Source of the DNA: Leucoraja ocellata
Lineage: Eukaryota
Length of the DNA: 64,000 nt
Assembly: GCA_036785375.1 (NCBI GenBank)
Contig: JAWMAR010002203.1
Coordinates: 62,001 to 126,000 of the forward strand
Direction: 5' to 3'
Of this stretch, positions 24,655 through 37,689 are shown piece after piece. The position numbers were made by a program, and so were the translations under genes. The stretch's first letter is position 1. Every line of letters starts with the position of its first letter. The notes beneath the pieces were generated by a model that made no database searches, was not told where the DNA came from, and was given only the letters and a program-made list of their open reading frames with translations.

Positions 24655-26182
24655 GTGAGATCTAGAGTGCAAATTGCTTCAAAGAATACACCAGCATATC
24701 TTGGATGTGTTTTTGACTCCGGTCGTAAAATCTGGGTAAATCGTTAAATGAAACATCCAGGACAGTTCTGAGGGGCAGTTTTGGTCTGGTTTCAAGGCAC
24801 CAATTGTGGAAGATACCCCGCGTTGTTAATATTGATGCCCAGTATCCCATTTTGAGCATCCTGTGACTCTCTGAAGGCCTGAAGTTCAAACATGCTTTAG
24901 TTTGCATTTATAAGGCATCAATATTGTAGCAAAAAGTCTCAGACCGCCTGTGGAGTTTTTTCATACAAAACCATGCCAGACCATGTGAGGTACTTCTGTT
25001 ACTCTGCATAGTTCTGGATGCAATGTAAAAAGAGAGCATTCCAGATATGTTTGCAGATTCGAAACTTGCAGTGCAAGGCTCTGCAGATCAAGAAATGTTG
25101 AACAGGCCAGGTCTATTGTGAAAGGAGAAGGCTGAAGCTTGATTTGCTCATTAATTTGTTGGATGGGGGTATTGTTGGCAAGACTGGCATTGTCCCTCCC
25201 TTATTAATCTTGGAAATAATGAGCCGTTGTACAAGTATCTTCATAAATGTAGGCCTGATAAGTGGGGATTCCCAGTACTTCTACCTAGGCTTATCTTCCA
25301 GTGAAGATACAAGTAGGCAATACACTCCCACCTCAGAGTTACGCATCTTGAGGAAACGTTCAGGTTTTAATGTTCCCAAAGGAGGTCCCTCTTCAGCTGC
25401 CAACATGGTTGAGAGCTGGTTAATACTTTACTAATGGGCACACCTACACAGTTCCTGCGTGATGGTTTTTAATCTTGTTTGCAAGCTCTTGCTTCTTCAT
25501 ATTATTCTTTTGCTGATGTGGGTCATACGCTGTTCCCAGCAATCAACTACTTTTGAAAAGAGCTATGGAGATAGGCAACAGAGGTCTACAAATTTATGAA
25601 TGGATCCGATAAAATGTGCAAGGGGTATGATTCCAAGTCAGAAGAGCAAAACAAGGTGTTATCAATGTGCGATATCACTGGAAAACGGAAAGGAAATGTA
25701 TTACACAGACATTGATAATTTCCAATAGGAAGTACTTGAATTTGTTGGACTCTTGTTTTTATGCAGTATATTCTGCTTGATTGTGCAAGAAGACAGAATT
25801 TGTGGTTGGAGGTATTTCAGAGAACATCTTAAGCTTGGGAGGAGAGATGAGAGAATTTGTCCCACAGCTACTGGGCCTTGACAGCTGAAGGCTTTTTTTG
25901 TGCATGTATAGCTGGCATTGGCTTTGAAAAATAAGCACTTGGAAGACTTCCTCTTGTGCCACAGTGTACCTTGCACCCTCATGAAATTAATTTATTTCAA
26001 TAAAATTTACTGAAAAGTTATATAAAAACAGAAAATGCTGGAAAAACACTCTAGAAAGAGAAAATGTTAAAGTTTCATGTCAAAAAACCATCAGAGCTGT
26101 TCTGTAAAATTATGTACCTTTCTCTAGATGGGTTTCTTCATTGTTTAAATTCTTTTAACACCTTGTTTTTTCTCATTCTCAG

Positions 26183-26360
26183 GTGCCGGTATTCAAACCT
26201 ATGGATTTAATGGTTGAAGCAAGCCCTCGAAGAATATTTGCTAATGCACACACATATCATATAAACTCTATTTCAGTCAATAGTGACTATGAAACTTACT
26301 TATCAGCAGATGATCTTAGGATTAACCTGTGGCATTTAGAAATCACAGACAGAAGTTTTA
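26183..26360 (+). CDS. PPP2R2A: PPP2R2A exon 6 ([29 protein letters not shown]...EITDRSF)
   Basis: ctcAG acceptor, 178 bp, ends at a GTATCCTT (U12-type) donor. Confidence 0.96.
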
Positions 26361-27871
26361 GTATCCTTGTCAATGTGGCAGATCATTTTTTTTGGGGGGA
26401 AAAATGTTTTATTTGGCAGCAATGTTCCTCATCTCACTTGAAAGTACAAAGGATTTTTTTTTTCATGCATTGTTATGTCGGTATTGTTCAACACCTTGTA
26501 CTCTGTATCCTAAGGCAGATGGTGAGTATTTTGGCTTGAATCGCAGCCAGACTATCCAGTATGCATGACTGTCCGGGCAGGTTAATGGCTCTGCTGATCT
26601 TTCAAGAACAAATCTTTGGCCAATGCTGAAATTCCTGCATTAAATGTGATCACGCAACTGGTCTCCTGCAACCCAAAATTCAAAATAACTGGCGTAAAAA
26701 CCTTCAGGAGTTTTATTGGATATTGGATATACAATATCTAATAGCACATTTTATCTTTGACCTCCCATTCTTGTCAAAAAAATGAGTTTTAAAATTTCAT
26801 TAGCTGCTGACTTGTACCATTATTGCGCTAAAGAGTTTGGCTCGTGCTCTTGGATTCTTGCCTGGACTCTGTATTTCACAGTACACTACGTCTGAGAAAG
26901 CTCCAAAAAGCTTTAAACTTTTTCTTGGAAAAGAAAAGTAAAATAAATATAAATAAAACAATACTGGAAATGCCCGGCAAATTAGACAGAATCTGCTGTG
27001 AGGAAAATTGTTACATTTTTAGGTTGATAAGCTTCTTGGGCAGAGTAAAACTAACATTGCTCAATTTGGTAAACTGGACAATAGATAATTTTTGTGCTGG
27101 TGTTACAGGCTATTGTAATCCTGAAGTGAACAGATAGTTTTTACTTGGGTAGGGTTCTGAAGACTGAAAAAGGCAATGTGAACTGCTGGCATAAATTGAC
27201 TTGTGACTTGGGATTAGCAAGGATTTGGGATTTACACAATCGGATTTCTTTGAAACCTGGGCAGTTACAGTTTTGATTTTAGACACAAAAAGCTAGAGTA
27301 TCTCAACTTGTCTGAAGAAGGGTCTCGACCCAAAACGTCACCCATTCCTATTCTCCAGAGATGCTGCCTGTCCCGCTGAGTTACTCCAGATTTTTGGGTC
27401 TACCTTTGATTTAAACCAGCATCTGCGGTTCATTCCTACACAGTTTTGATTTTATAGGAACCAAAGTTATTTGTTCTTGGAATTGATTTGACCAAGCTTT
27501 GAAAGAAACGTGTTGCAACAAGCTGGCGGAAACACCTGTTAGGTTTTTATAAAGATAAAAAGATAAGATCTATCTATAACTATGGAAATTGGATCGTGTG
27601 AAGTAATGGGAAAACTCATTAAGAGATGGGTGATCATCTTGGTGCTAATTATTTTCCTATTTCATGTTGATCCAGAGTTGAATATTGCAGAAATCATTGA
27701 TTTACATCTTGCTCTAATAAGGTTTCTTTTCTTAGTTATAATTTTATAGTAATTGGCTACTCTATAGGATCAGTTGCATGCATAAGCTGAAGATGACTTG
27801 TTCGACCCCTTGGCCAGGTTGTCATTTTGTGTGGCGGTAAGCCATGTATTATCCTTGATGGCCTGTCTCAG
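26361..27871 (+). other. PPP2R2A: U12-type (minor spliceosome) GT-AG intron
   Basis: 5' splice site GTATCCTTG. Branch-like TCCTTGAT at 27852-27859, about 12 nt before the AG, with no long polypyrimidine tract. Confidence 0.9.
27310..27441 (+). repeat. Penelope-like short repeat inside the U12 intron
   Basis: gtctgaagaagggtctcgacccaaaacgtcacccattcc. Confidence 0.65.
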
Positions 27872-28036
27872 ATATTGTAGATATCAAGCCTGCTAACATG
27901 GAGGAGCTGACTGAAGTGATTACAGCAGCGGAATTCCACCCCAATCAGTGCAACACATTTGTATACAGCAGTAGCAAGGGAACCATTCGACTGTGTGACA
28001 TGAGAGCAGCTGCCCTATGTGACAAACATGCCAAAT
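27872..28036 (+). CDS. PPP2R2A: PPP2R2A exon 7 ([55 protein letters not shown])
   Basis: ctcAG / T|GTAAGT, 165 bp, translated by hand (absent from the ORF track). Confidence 0.96.
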
Positions 28037-29051
28037 GTAAGTCTGTGACTCAGATAGTTGTGCTTTAGTGATTTGTGTTTTCAATGAATGCTCTTTTCAC
28101 ATGGCTCAAAATTGACTTCTCTGAATGCACAACAAGAACAGATCAATATTGTTCAGAAACTACTGACATTTATCAACCTGATGCAGTCTATATGCAGGAA
28201 CTGAAATACATGTATGTTAGCTTTACAGACCCTATTTATTTCTCAAATGTATTTTTGGTTTTATATCTTGCCGTTTTGCTTTAGGCTTCTCAGTTATGCA
28301 TCTAAAAGACAGGAGAGTCATGAGTTTGATTTTCAGCATGAAGCATGCTGATATAGTACTGCAAAGGCATTTTAAACTATATTTCCTCAGCTACCACCAC
28401 AAACAAGGCATCTGCACTGGCTCGCTCTTCCCCAAATTGATTTGAGCAATTGAATCCTGCTTTGTACTGCCCTACATTATTCAGTCAAGCAGATAGCCAA
28501 AATCTGTTTTTTACAGTTTGCCCGTTGTCTACATTAACACTACAACATCCACTCCACAACTATTCCATTCCCTTCCTTGTGCTACGAGCTTATAATGACT
28601 GAAACTGTACATTTGTCCCACCATCCCTCCTTGTTCTTCAGAGTTCACTTTTCCCTTTGCCTGTCAAGAAATTCAAAGATCCCTGGTGGGAGCACTGTAG
28701 AACTGGAACTTGGAGGGCTGTGGTCAGTCTGTTAAACCAAATTGAAAACCTTGCAACAACTTGTTACTCTTGTTTCTTTGAAGTGGTGACATGGCTACCA
28801 CAATTCAGCAGCACCTGATCCACTGGCTGTCAACTGGTCACCTGTTAATTTACAAGATGTCGACGTGCTGAGGAGAGCAGCCAAAAAGCTGGTCAACTAT
28901 TAGAATCATTTTTGCAGTTATTAAAACTTTTACAGCCCGGTCGGTGCCTGCCACCGAATCGGTCTGAATGTCTGCAAGAAGAACATTGCAGCACCTGGTT
29001 TTCTGATCAAATGCAATTGAAAAAGGGACTTCGATTTTTATTATTCCATGA

Positions 29052-29335
29052 CTTTAGACTTTACAGCACTGAAACGGGCTCCTCGGCCCACCGAGTCCAT
29101 ACAGACCAGTGATCACCCCGTACATTAGTACTATCCTACACACTAGGGACAATTTACACAAACTAATTTGCCTACAAACCTGCACGTCTTTTGAGTGTGG
29201 GAGGAAACCGGAGCACCTGGAGAAAACCCACGTAGTCACAGGGAACATGCAAACTCCATACATACAGCACATGCAGTCAGGATTGAACCCAGGTCTCTGG
29301 CACTGTAGGGTGGCAACTCTCCTGCTGTGCCAGCA
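29052..29335 (-). mobile_element. V-core SINE, nearly full length
   Basis: Same family, with head, V core and tail recognisable. Confidence 0.82.
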
Positions 29336-29537
29336 TGCATTTGATTTTTTTTTTTGCAGTGTACCTTTCAATGCAGATGCTGACTGGTATGACTTGAATA
29401 TATTTCTGCTAAATAGGAGGTGTTGAATATGGTACAATGCTGGCGACAAATATTTAGGTGCTATCAAATGGAAAAAGTATAAGAATGGAGCAAGTCTACT
29501 TTCTGGACCTTCCCAACATTTCTTTTCCCTCCAACAG

Positions 29538-29707
29538 TGTTTGAAGAACCTGAAGATCCCAGCAACAGGTCGTTCTTCTCAGAAATAATTTCTTCAATAT
29601 CAGACGTCAAATTCAGTCACAGTGGTCGTTACATGATGACACGAGATTACCTATCAGTGAAAATCTGGGACTTAAATATGGAAAGTAGACCTGTGGAGAC
29701 ATACCAG
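29538..29707 (+). CDS. PPP2R2A: PPP2R2A exon 8 ([57 protein letters not shown])
   Basis: caacAG / CAG|GTAC, 170 bp. Confidence 0.97.
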
Positions 29708-31284
29708 GTACACAAGCTCCTGCCATTTTTTGTGTTCCCTTGACAGGTTGTCCCCTGTTTATTTGATAATTCTATGTGTATCAATTTTATGGCTTGGATG
29801 CCAAGTGCACTTTTTTTTTAACCAATTCATGATTCTTGAAACAGGTGCAGTACAGAATGAAGCTTCCGTTACCCTCCCTAAAAATGCATTAGACAAACAG
29901 AACCTGCTAAACCAGCACAATGTTTTCCAATGTGTCCCAACCTGTTCAGTGGCACAGCCAGTCAAGGACGCATTAGGGACATTTGTTCTGTAAATTAATT
30001 TACACCAGGAATTGTCTATGCTGGTTATAGTAACTAGAAACGAGAATATAACTACCATTACATGTTTTTGTCTTTGTGGTTACAATATCCTTTTTGCATT
30101 AAAGCTGATTGATTCATGTTAACACTTACCTCAGAAAGAACAGTTGGCAGCTAATTTGCAAAATGCACTTGGCAAATAACACAAGTTCAAATTTCTGCAA
30201 TTTCACTCAATGCCTGCGTGGAATTTTACTTCTGGGTGATAATTTATATTACCATGCTAGGATTAGAAAAGATTTAAAGTTCATATTTTAGTTGTATACT
30301 TTATAGTTCAATTTTTCATAAAACAATGAATAACGTCATTGTTTCGTGCAGCTATTGCAAACATTTACACCCAGCACGATCCTATGGACATTTGCGATAT
30401 GAATGACTAGTTATGTTTTATGCTAGTGTTTTTGCATCCTTCTGGGTGATGCACTGGAGCCTTTGGAACAGATAGGCGAGTTTTCAGTTTATTGTACAAA
30501 GTGCAACACCCCTACCTGCATCTTCGTTATTGATTTGGAGTTTTTTCAATAGATCAAAGATGCTTTTATTGTCACGTGTGTGGTGCAAACATCCAGTGAA
30601 CTTCTTTTCTTACATATAGTCCAGTACAGTATTCCCATACCTAAGCACATTCACGATTAGCAAGTGTACAGAAATAAGTCTACTGATCCCGTATACAAGA
30701 GACGCCATGTTTTAGCGCCATTATCAAAGTCCAGTCCGCGCTCCAGTTGTTGTGAGCGATGCCCGATCCAGGCAAGCCCCAGGCTGCTACGGGTCTCCAG
30801 CCATCGCCTTCCTTGATGGAGTGGATCGACCAGCAAACCCATTCATTTGTAGCTGTCCTGCAATGGAGCTAACATTCAGTCTTCGGACTTGGGTTAAAAT
30901 GCCACCTTCCACAAAAAATGCACTGGACAAACAGCACCTGCTAAACCAGCATGGTGTTTACCCATGTGTCCCAACCTGTCCAATTAGCTCTTGTAATGGA
31001 GCTAGCATTCAGTCTTCTGACTTTGGTGAAAATACTAACAATTAAAGCTAACTTAGTTCTAGATATTAAATCTGCTATTCTGTGAAGGGAAAATAATATT
31101 TGTTGAAAATCCTGTTCTCGTGACTTTATTCTGCTCTACTTCTCCCCCCCTCCCTCCCTTCTGTCTGTCAGTACTGTAAAGGATTTATTCCAGTTCGCCA
31201 GGTATTTGTATATTTACCACCATGTGTTTTGTATAGAACTCGGACTGGATTTCACTCAGATCGACTTATTACTTGTTCTTACAG

Positions 31285-31376
31285 GTGCATGAATACCTCC
31301 GAAGCAAACTGTGCTCACTGTATGAAAACGACTGTATTTTTGACAAGTTCGAATGTTGTTGGAATGGATGCGATAG
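31285..31376 (+). CDS. PPP2R2A: PPP2R2A exon 9 ([30 protein letters not shown])
   Basis: ttacAG / AG|GTAAAA, 92 bp. Confidence 0.96.
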
Positions 31377-32477
31377 GTAAAAGCTGATTCTTCTTCAATG
31401 AGACCTTCAATTGTTCTGTTCTTGCTAATGGTATCTAGGTTCTGTATGACGTATCATGGGACCGGTGATTTCTGTGTGAATTCTGCTTCAGATAACGATG
31501 ATCCAAAGTTTGACAATTAAGGTCAGATTACACGATTTGTAAAGTTGTTTGAAATATGATGACATTTAGCCAGTGCCACCTTTGACTCGAGATGAGATTT
31601 CTGGTGATGAAATGAAAGAATAAAGTTGGTGCCCCTTTGCAGACTTGGTAAAGCCATACCCAAGCTCAACGGGTCTGCAGTTTACCAGCTAGTCTGACTC
31701 CTGCATGAAGCATGTGCGCAAGACACTTCCCGCTGGGTAGGAGGGCCGTTTTAATTGATCTGTGGTTTGTACTAGTTACCAAGGCTCTGCTCCCATGATA
31801 CTCTGCTGTGATGGTCATGCTCACGTTCCCTGGTGAGTGGGTGGAGAAATGTTGTTTTGTTTGGTGGCTGAAAACTGGATATGGTGGAAGTTAACAATTA
31901 TGGGGAATTGGGTTCTCGAGGGAGAAAGTGGGGGAAGGTGTAGTGGAGGTGATGGATACTCTGAGTATTGGAAGATGGGTTCTCTTAACCTTGGTATCTA
32001 GGTCAATCTATGATATAAATTTTGGATGAGAACTCCCAAGTATATGCCTTTTGAATCATAATGCCTTGTCACTTGCCTAATGTGCAGGTTTTGTTTTTGT
32101 TTGATTTCAAGATCGTGTATAGAGTAATACAGCGTGGAAACAGGCCCTTCGGCCCAACTTGCCCACACTGACCAACATGTCCCAGCTACACTAGTCCCAC
32201 CTGCCTGCATTTGGCAAATATTGATCTCAAATTGTCATTTGTTAAGGAAGAAATGCAAAGGGCATGATTATGACTCTTCCAAAGGTCCTGTTGTGGGAAT
32301 GGTCTCTTAGAGGAGGAAATGGGAAATTGTTAAAGAAATGGGAAGATAAAAGTTCGCATTTACTTACTGTAAAAATGTCTCCAGTGAATTGTCAATGAGA
32401 TAAGGTCGCTGAATGGCCAGCGTGTGTAGTACTGTTTAGTGCATTTGAGCTCTGGTGTAGGGAGCTGCAACAAGGTC

Positions 32478-32900
32478 ATATAGACAATAGGTGTAGGAGT
32501 AGGCCATTCGGCCCTTCTAGCCAGCACCACCATTCAATGTGATCATGGCTGATCATCCCCAATCAGTACCCCGTTCCTGCCTTCTCCCCATATCCCTTGA
32601 CTCCGCTATCTTTAAGAGCCCTATCTAGCTTGAAAGCATCCAGAGAACCTGCCTCCACCACCCTCTGAGGCAGAGAATTCCACAGATTCACAAATCTCTG
32701 AGAAAAAGTGTTTCCTCTTCTCCGTTCTAAATGGCTTAACCCTTATTCTTAAACTGTGGCCCCTGGTTCTGGACTCCCCCAACATCGGGAACATGTTTCC
32801 AGCCTCTAGCATGTCCAAACCATTAACAATCTTATATGTTTCAATAAGATCTCCTCTCATCCTTCTAAACTCCAGAGTGTACAAGCCCAGCCGCTCCATT
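32478..32900 (-). mobile_element. CR1 LINE 3' fragment
   Basis: MERLGLYTLEFRRMRGDLIETYKI...GESRTRGHSLRIR in ORF 32621-33070. Confidence 0.88.
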
Positions 32901-33099
32901 CCTGATCTTTGAGAGAGTAGTACAAAATAAACAAGCAGGTTTTCAAACCCACAATGAGATTTAATAAAAGTGAAGCTGCAAGGTTCATATTTCCCAGTGA
33001 AGTGGTAAGAATCTTGCGCACATATGCCAAGCTGGAATTTTATATTGCAGCAAAACCCTGCATGACTCACTAATACCTGTATACATTTCTTTAGTCGAT

Positions 33100-33305
33100 G
33101 GTGAATCGGTGGAATTCATTTCAATTGATATTTTTAAGGCGGAGATTGACAGAGTCTTGATTAGTAAGTTAGTTATGGTGGTTATGGGGCAAAGGCAGGA
33201 GAATGTGGTTGGGAGGGAAAGATAGATCAGCAATGATGAATGGCAGAGAAGACTTGATGGCCGACTGGCCTAATTCTGCTCCTAGAACTTATGAACTATG
33301 AACTT
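33100..33305 (+). mobile_element. CR1 3' end abutting the last PPP2R2A acceptor
   Basis: Same 3' UTR motif with tail GAACTTATGAACTATGAACT, ending about 40 nt before the exon. Confidence 0.75.
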
Positions 33306-33345
33306 GTGTATACTTACTAATGGTTGAATGTTTTACCACTTTCAG

Positions 33346-33625
33346 TGTTGTCATGACTGGGTCGTACAACAATTTCTTCAGAATGTTCGATAGAAACACA
33401 AAACGGGACATTACGCTAGAGGCTTCGAGAGAGAACAGCAAACCACGGGCTATCCTGAAACCACGCAGGGTGTGTTCAGGGGGCAAGAGGAAGAAGGACG
33501 AGATTAGTGTTGATAGTCTGGACTTCAACAAGAAGATCCTGCACACAGCCTGGCACCCTAAGGAAAATATCATTGCCGTAGCCACAACCAACAACCTGTA
33601 TATATTCCAGGACAAAGTGAATTAA
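33346..33625 (+). CDS. PPP2R2A: PPP2R2A last coding exon ([21 protein letters not shown]...[25 protein letters not shown])
   Basis: ttcAG acceptor, 280 bp to TAA. C-terminus matches B55-alpha. Confidence 0.97.
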
Positions 33626-34255
33626 AACCCGTGCAGTGAAGAAAGAATCCGATTCCTGCCTAGTTAAGATAGTGTAGCCTTTGTATCTTGTAAGAGAGGG
33701 GCCCATTCTGGCCCCCTCCCCACCACCTCTCTTGAATCAGTGCCATTTATAACGCACACCAGTCATGTTATCGCAGGGAATTCTTTTTACTCCTATACCC
33801 AACCCCATCCAAATTTGCAATTCATGATCGCTAGTCATTTGGCGGGGAGGGAGGTTGTCTCTGCATTACAAATTATGGGCTACCACATTAGCATTTTACT
33901 GCATCAGACGTTCATTTAATCCACTCCTTTGCCTTCCATTGTGGTGAGGTTTCGAGGAAGAAGTCCTCCAGTCATGATATGGCAATGTTTTACTGTGTAC
34001 CCTCATTACCGTAATGTTCTCTACCCCCTCGCCCCACCTTCCCCCTTTTTATCTACATACAGCTTGTTGTTAATGCTTGTAACATTCCTTCTCTGACCTC
34101 ACGGAATCCTCCATCCGGCCCTGTTGGAGCGTAAAGGACATGACCAGGTCAGAGTTGGGTCAGTGGGTCAGGTGGTTTTTGTTGCATACTGATGTTTTAA
34201 CAACCGACTGTAATATTGCTGCCCTTGCCATTTCTGGCACAAGAAAAACCTACTG

Positions 34256-34438
34256 AATAAAAATGATAAAAATAGCTCCTTTGGTGCTTTTCTTTTTGAA
34301 ATTAGCTGTACTTTTTGAAAATACCATGTACTCTTTTTAAATGAATGCATTAAAGAGTGTGTCTAATACCGGTAAGTTTTATGATGTTTGATGTAATGGA
34401 ATATGAATCTTAAGTATTTTCTATTCGGTGTTAATAAA
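34256..34438 (+). terminator. Candidate PPP2R2A polyadenylation signals
   Basis: AATAAA at 34256, ATTAAA at 34349, AATAAA at 34433, 630-810 nt after the stop codon. Confidence 0.55.
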
Positions 34439-36616
34439 CTTGTGCGTTTTCAAGGGGACGCCAGTGGACTTGATGAAGTCCATCTGTGTTTACTGTTTCA
34501 TTTTTTTCTCTCCCCCCCCCCTTCATTTCCTGCCGTTCTTTTTCACCATTTGGGCTGGATGGTTAGAAACTGCAGTGCTTAGGTTCAACGTTCCAACTGC
34601 TGAAATTTTTGAGTTAATTGTTTCTTAGTGCAAATGCTTTAGACCAGCCATAACTGACATGTTCGCGACTGAGATTCTGCAGGTGAGAGCCCAAGTGCCA
34701 TTTATTCTGTGTTAAATCTCCCAACAGCACTTGCCTGGATTTTCAGAATTTTTATTTAAGTTGGGTAAGTTAAATTGGAGCTGAGTTTGACTAGTTCTCA
34801 GTCAGTGAATTGGAGGCGCACAAAACCGCAGATGTTGGAATCTTGAACAAAATAAAGTGTTGGGTAAACTCAACGAGTCAGGCAGCATCTGGGGTGGGAA
34901 TGGACAGGTGACGTTCAGAAACTTGGCCCTTCCATCCCTCCCAGCTGCCTGAGCCGTTGAGTTCTTCCAGCAATCAGTGGGTATCACTCAGAGTTCACTG
35001 GGTTTGATGCCAGTGCAGAAACAATGTTCTTGATCTAGTGAGCAGAATGGAAGAATATGATTTACTGAGAAGTATAATTATATCTCAAGTGCTGCATTAG
35101 TTGGAAAATTACGATTGCAATGTCCTTGTTCACTTAATGCCAAAAGCTGCATGGCTACTTAACAACTTCCAGTCCAGTCGTTTCAGAAGCACCACAAAGG
35201 ATATTGTAAAAACTGCTGTGACTTGGCTTGAACTTTGTTTTCTTTAGGGGGTCATGTTTCATGATAATGTGCCTCAAGTTGTCCAAATTCTTCTAAAACG
35301 TATGTTTTGTCTCGTAAAACAAAATCACAACAGCTGCTGTGACCTAATTTGTTTGAATGAGAGATGATTTGACCAGCCTATCTCCATTTTTATTGTAATA
35401 TTTTTTCCAGTACTGACCTGTTGTATGTGTGATCGGCACCAGCAGTCCATGTAAATTGGTGAAGATTGAGTGCCACCACAATTTTTACTGCCACCTAACC
35501 TGGCTGGGTAACTCAGTGCATTGTTTGTGTTGGATTCTTGCTTCTTTGCACTTGGCAACTGAACTGTAGGAAAATATTGTTATTTTTTAATAGGTTGCTT
35601 GACCTCTGGCTGAGTGTTTGGATGCTCTGCTGCTCATGTGCTGATTCTCATCGTTTGCTGCGCTGCAGTGATTAAGGCTGGCAATGCAAGGTGACGTTTG
35701 GAGATTTTCTGTGGGATTTGGGATGTGATGCCAGTTCTGACTTCCCAACTTAGTTCTTGGTCGTCAACATCCGGAGCTAATTTGATGTAATGCCAGTTGA
35801 ATTATTCATTCCTGTGTAGTTGAGTAAGACAGCTGTATACTTGAAACATGGAAGGACTAAAGTGCAATGAGTTGTTAGCTGCTTTTACGTCCCCTGACAG
35901 TTGTTTTAAATTTGACTGTTCTAAAATTAGGGATTAATTGATGCCAAAAACAACCTCAACTGGTCGAATGGAAGAACCAGATTGGTTTCCCTTTATTGAG
36001 AAGTAAAATTATATCCCAGATTGAGCTTTCACAACTGACGTGCAGGATTAGTGTTCTGAACTTAATTTTCACTCTGCAGATTCGGTGAGAAATGTTAATG
36101 TTTTAGATTTAGACTTAGCAGTTTCTGGAGATGGACACAGAAAGTTAAAGTAACTCAGCGGGTGGGAAGCATCTCTGGAGAGAATGCATAGGCGACATTT
36201 CGAGTCGGCGGGCGGGTCAGGCAGCATCACTGGTGAAAATGGTAGCGATAACCTATCCATTTATGCCTGACCTGCGTGACTCCGTTTTGTGTCTATCTTT
36301 GGTATAAACCAGCATCTGCAGTTCCTTCGAATAACATTATAAGCAGTTGTGAAGATTGTGCCTCTTGATGAGCTTGCAGGCTTTTGTTATCCTGTGAAGA
36401 AGGGGCCCATTTTAGGACCAGCAGAGAGACAATGTGCTTTTAGGAAGAGTGCTACAATTGGATTGTGCAAGTTAGAGACTGACAAACATGTTATTTTTTT
36501 TATTTTGAGGCGGGGGGGGGGGGGGGGGGGGGGGGATTGGTCCCGTCCATGTAGATTATTTCTGAACTCGTATATCCAAATGGCCTCTTATCCAAGTACA
36601 TGCGGTTACAAGTACA

Positions 36617-36741
36617 GTCTGAAGAAGGGTCTCAACCCGAAACGTCACCCATTCCTTCTCTCCAGAGATGCTGCCTGACCTGCTGACTTATTCCAGCATT
36701 TTGTGTCCATCTTCGATTTAACCAGCATCTGCAGTTCTTTC
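36617..36741 (+). repeat. Penelope-like short repeat with intact hammerhead-like core
   Basis: gtCTGAAGAaGGGTctcaACCCGAAAcgTCac. Confidence 0.65.
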
Positions 36742-37689
36742 CAGTACAGGTGGTTATGTGCAGGTTATTTCCTGGAGGCAAATGTGTTCAACAGTTTTCA
36801 CCCTGTTTGCCAACTTCTGCACTTCGTAAATAGTTCCTCAGAGCTATCAATAGGGTCATATAATACATTTCATCTTCATACTCTTCAGTTTCAAAATAAA
36901 TTGAGGAAATATAGCCTTTGTGGTTAACACTGCAATTGGAAATAGATCCAAGCATATTGGCTTTATTGGAGAATCTGAATTGATGTATCCCCAGTAACAT
37001 TCAAGTACTTTGTAGACAAATCCCAATAACCATTCTGCAGAATAAAGTATGAAATAGAAAATTATACATGAAATGCACTTTAATGCACTGCAAAACAGTG
37101 AGGTGGTTGGTTCCTAGCAGGAAAATAAACCTTTATTAATGTTACTGAATTTATTAGTTATTCTTAGTGTTGCTCTCTTTAGTTCTTGAATGAATGATTT
37201 GATGTAAAATTATTTTTTAAATCCTGCATTTTTGGGGACAGGAAAATTGGAATAGTGGTGGATTAAAAATGGTGACAAATGTGGCCTTAAATTTAGTAGC
37301 ATTTTAGTAGGATCCAATTAACAGAGTTTTTAAGGTATGTATGCACTATGAATGTCAACGTTGTATTGTCATTTAAGAATTTCCAACGTCCTAATATTTC
37401 CACTTAATGGATCTTGCAAAGGAGTTGTTGGTGAAGGCAGATCAACAGTTCCATGTGGTTAGTTGTTGGTGTATTATGTGGGGAGCCCGATTTGGGAACA
37501 GCAACCAGTGTGTCCCACCCAGCTTGGGTTGGCTTTAATGCCTAATGAAATTTACTTTCCTTAGTAATGCCAAAACAGCAAATAAAATATTCTACTCTGC
37601 GTTAGTGTATCACGTTATACAATTATCTTTGTCTCCCCTCAGGTACATCAGATTATGGGTAATTTGCTTCTTTTCCAGCTCTGGAGGTT

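Noticed and set aside
21612-33625. Assignment as PPP2R2D (with BNIP3)
   Set aside because: Residues ([46 protein letters not shown]) and the same-strand NIX-like neighbour favour PPP2R2A-BNIP3L.
36512-36535. Long poly-G run (also 19508 and poly-C at 45153) as G-quadruplex elements
   Set aside because: Simple homopolymers of uncertain sequenced length, with no supporting context.
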